A stretch of 64,000 nt of DNA from Selaginella moellendorffii (taxonomy: Eukaryota; Plantae; Lycopodiophyta): contig NW_003314310.1 in NCBI RefSeq assembly GCF_000143415.4, positions 223,904 to 287,903 on the forward strand, given 5' to 3'. Below the pieces are notes generated by a model. That model was given only the letters and a program-made list of their open reading frames with translations. It was not told the origin of the DNA and did not search any database. Position 1 is the first letter of the stretch, and each line of letters starts with the position of its first letter. Position numbers and translations under genes: made by a program. Positions 61,790 through 64,000 of this stretch are shown here, in pieces.

Positions 61790-63472
61790 GGTGGCAGATG
61801 CTTTATCCCATATTCGTCATGTATCAACGTTACAAACACGATTTTGTCATCATTTGAGTAAGGTGGTCAGTGAGTTTGGGCAGTTGGTTGAGCGTGCTCA
61901 GGCTTAAAATGCTAAGGTGGCCTCTTTGTGAGACCAGATGGAAACCCCTTTCTCATTGGTGGATGGGATTCTCTACTACAATGGCCATGTATATTTGCCA
62001 CGGGTAGATGCGTTAATTACTCAAGTTTTATTCCACTATCATGATTGTCTAGAGGCCAGTCATTTGGGGGGAAGAAGACATATGAATTGATTAAGTGCAA
62101 TTTTTATTGGAGGAATATGAAAGCTGATATCCTCAAGTATTGTAAATCATGCAAACTCTGTCAGTGGGTTAAGATGCCACAGGAGAAGCCGGGGGGTCTT
62201 TTGCAACCTTTATTTATTCCTCAAAGCCATTGGTGTAGTATCTCTATGGACTTCATCACTTGTTTGCCACAAATACAGAGGCAAAAAGAGCAAGTATGGG
62301 TCATAGTGGATCTGTTGACAAAGTATGTGCAGTTGTTGGCTCTTCGGAAGACTGTCACTGCCTCAGACTTTGCTACGATTTACTTGGAGAAGGTTTTTTC
62401 TAATTTTGGTTTGCCGGAGGACATCATTAGTGATCGAGATTCAAAGTTCACCAATGGATTTTGGAAGAGCTTTACAAAGGCTATGCAAGTGACTTTCAAA
62501 CTTTTAAGTTGAGATCATCCTCAGATGGATGGGTAAACCGAGCATGTGAATCAGGTGGTGGAGGATATGCTACGTTGTAGCATTGGTCAAAGGCAAGGAC
62601 AATGGGATTTATATCTTTCATTGGTGCAATTTGCTTACAACAATAGCCAACACAGTAGAACCAAGCTAAATCCTTACTTGCCATGTTTGGAAGGCATCCC
62701 CGAACAGCAGTGGAGTTGGGATTGCATTTGAGTAAGGACGTTCAAGATAAGCTTGATTCTGAGATGACTGATCTGGCCATAAAACTTGATGAGATTCTGG
62801 TAGTGTGCAAACAGAATTTGAAGGTAGCTCAGGATAGAGCGGAGAAGTTTGCTAATGAGCATTGCCAATTCCAGGAATATAAGATAGGTGATCTTGTCTT
62901 CGTGTGAGTAATCTTTCATCAAGTGAGTGGTAGAACACATTGGTGCCTTTACGGACAGGGAAGAGTGATAAACTTTCTCATCGATATGTTGGTCCATATG
63001 AAGTGCTGGAGCGCATTGGTAAAGTGGCTTATCGAGTATAGCTGCCAGCTGAGGTGAAAATTCTTCTGGTAATTTATGTCAGCCAGTTGAAAGGTGTACT
63101 ATCTCGAAGTGACAGGCCCAATGCCTCCTTGATGTATATGGTTGTGGAAGATAAACCAGGAGCTTGAGCTGGGTTCCCCAGAAAGGGTGATCACCGGTAC
63201 AACTTGTCCTTGGGATAAGGACTTTGTTGGGGGAGAATAATTGTTAGGTGCTAGTTTTGACTATGTGGTCAACGTTGGTCAAAGGGAGGCTCAAGGGCAT
63301 ATTAAGGCATGTTAGGGTAAAAGACTCCTACCCTAGGGCTTACAGTGGAGCGGTAGTGCAGTGGAGCTTTTGAGGTAGCTTGGGGGTAGTTGGGATGTGA
63401 GGAACCTCAAGAGGTGGCATAGCATAGTTTAGGGCGGCTAGATCTTTGTCTTTTTTGTGACGGATCATAATA
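61790..63472 (+). mobile_element. Family-1 gypsy integrase region, PPT and 3' LTR (63242-63472)
   Basis: Reverse-complement match to ~9819-11500; ISMDFITCLP, ISDRDSKF, GPY module. Confidence 0.93.
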
Positions 63473-63739
63473 GGTTACTAACACTAGCAAGTGTAAATTA
63501 ATGAATAAGTTTCTCTAACTAAGTTAAGTGCTTGACTAATAACACTTAAGAATTCCATCCTTATGCTCATTTGGTCAAGTGCACACATGAAGACCAGTTT
63601 CTTAACTAACTTAGGTAAAAACTAAAAAAAGGTCCAGCAATATTGACCTCCTACAATTGTGGCAGTAAGGAAAAAATATCCTAGAGGACTAACCGACAAA
63701 TAACTTTCGATGGAGGCTACTAGGGGCATGGTAGCTGCT

Positions 63740-64000
63740 CCTACTGCTCCTTAGTCTGGTGGTGCAAGGAAGCTAGTGGTGGTGAGAGATTATGCATGCA
63801 TGATTCTGACACCATCTTGAATGATCATGTTCAGGATACGATCATCCAAGCTCAAGAAAGGATAGTCAGTAAAGTGTTACAGGAAATGGCATGGAATAGC
63901 CCTCATCGTTTTCTAGTTCCTTTGTGTTGATTGGTTTAAAGCCATTGGGTGCATTCAGCTTATGACCTCAACATAGCTATCTATAGCTCCTTTGTTGAGG
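63740..64000 (+). pseudogene. Divergent copy of the element-A ParB-like gene, running off the window
   Basis: VLQEMAWNSPHRFLVPLC*LV*SHWVHSAYDLNIAIYSSFVE aligns with LGEMAWKGSQHLQIPLCRLKKGHWVHSAYDLKMAIYTSFIE (18559-18936). Confidence 0.8.

Overview
This is transposon-rich eukaryotic DNA, most likely from a non-seed land plant (inferred from a Tcn1-like chromovirus, a Tat-type gypsy with PR-aRH-RT order, a violaxanthin de-epoxidase fragment and many 47-70 bp introns). It has four N gaps and no intact host gene. Ordinary content: several decayed Ty3/gypsy elements (one complete copy at 9819-14676 with 233-bp LTRs, ATGAC TSD and PBS), a Helitron RepHel relic next to a VDE gene fragment, and microsatellites. 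The main observation is a 13.1-kb DNA transposon (42501-55623) bounded by perfect 22-bp TIRs and inserted in a Crinkler-like NTPase-REase gene. It encodes a DDE transposase (+) and, divergently, a predicted ~1,600-aa spliced protein joining ParB/Srx-like, DNA amino-methyltransferase-like and FCP1/SCP phosphatase-like domains (-). About 21 full copies plus several partial copies of a 24-bp palindrome (AATGGCRTG-N6-CAYGCCATT) were seen only between its TIRs, concentrated in the central control region and in tiny introns. A separate Mutator-like element family (9143-24344, plus a likely copy at 63.7 kb) carries its own ParB-like/MTase-like gene and a different palindrome. Together these suggest a transposon-borne ParB/parS-like chromatin-marking or anti-silencing system. 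All domain calls come from motif recognition by eye; no searches were run.
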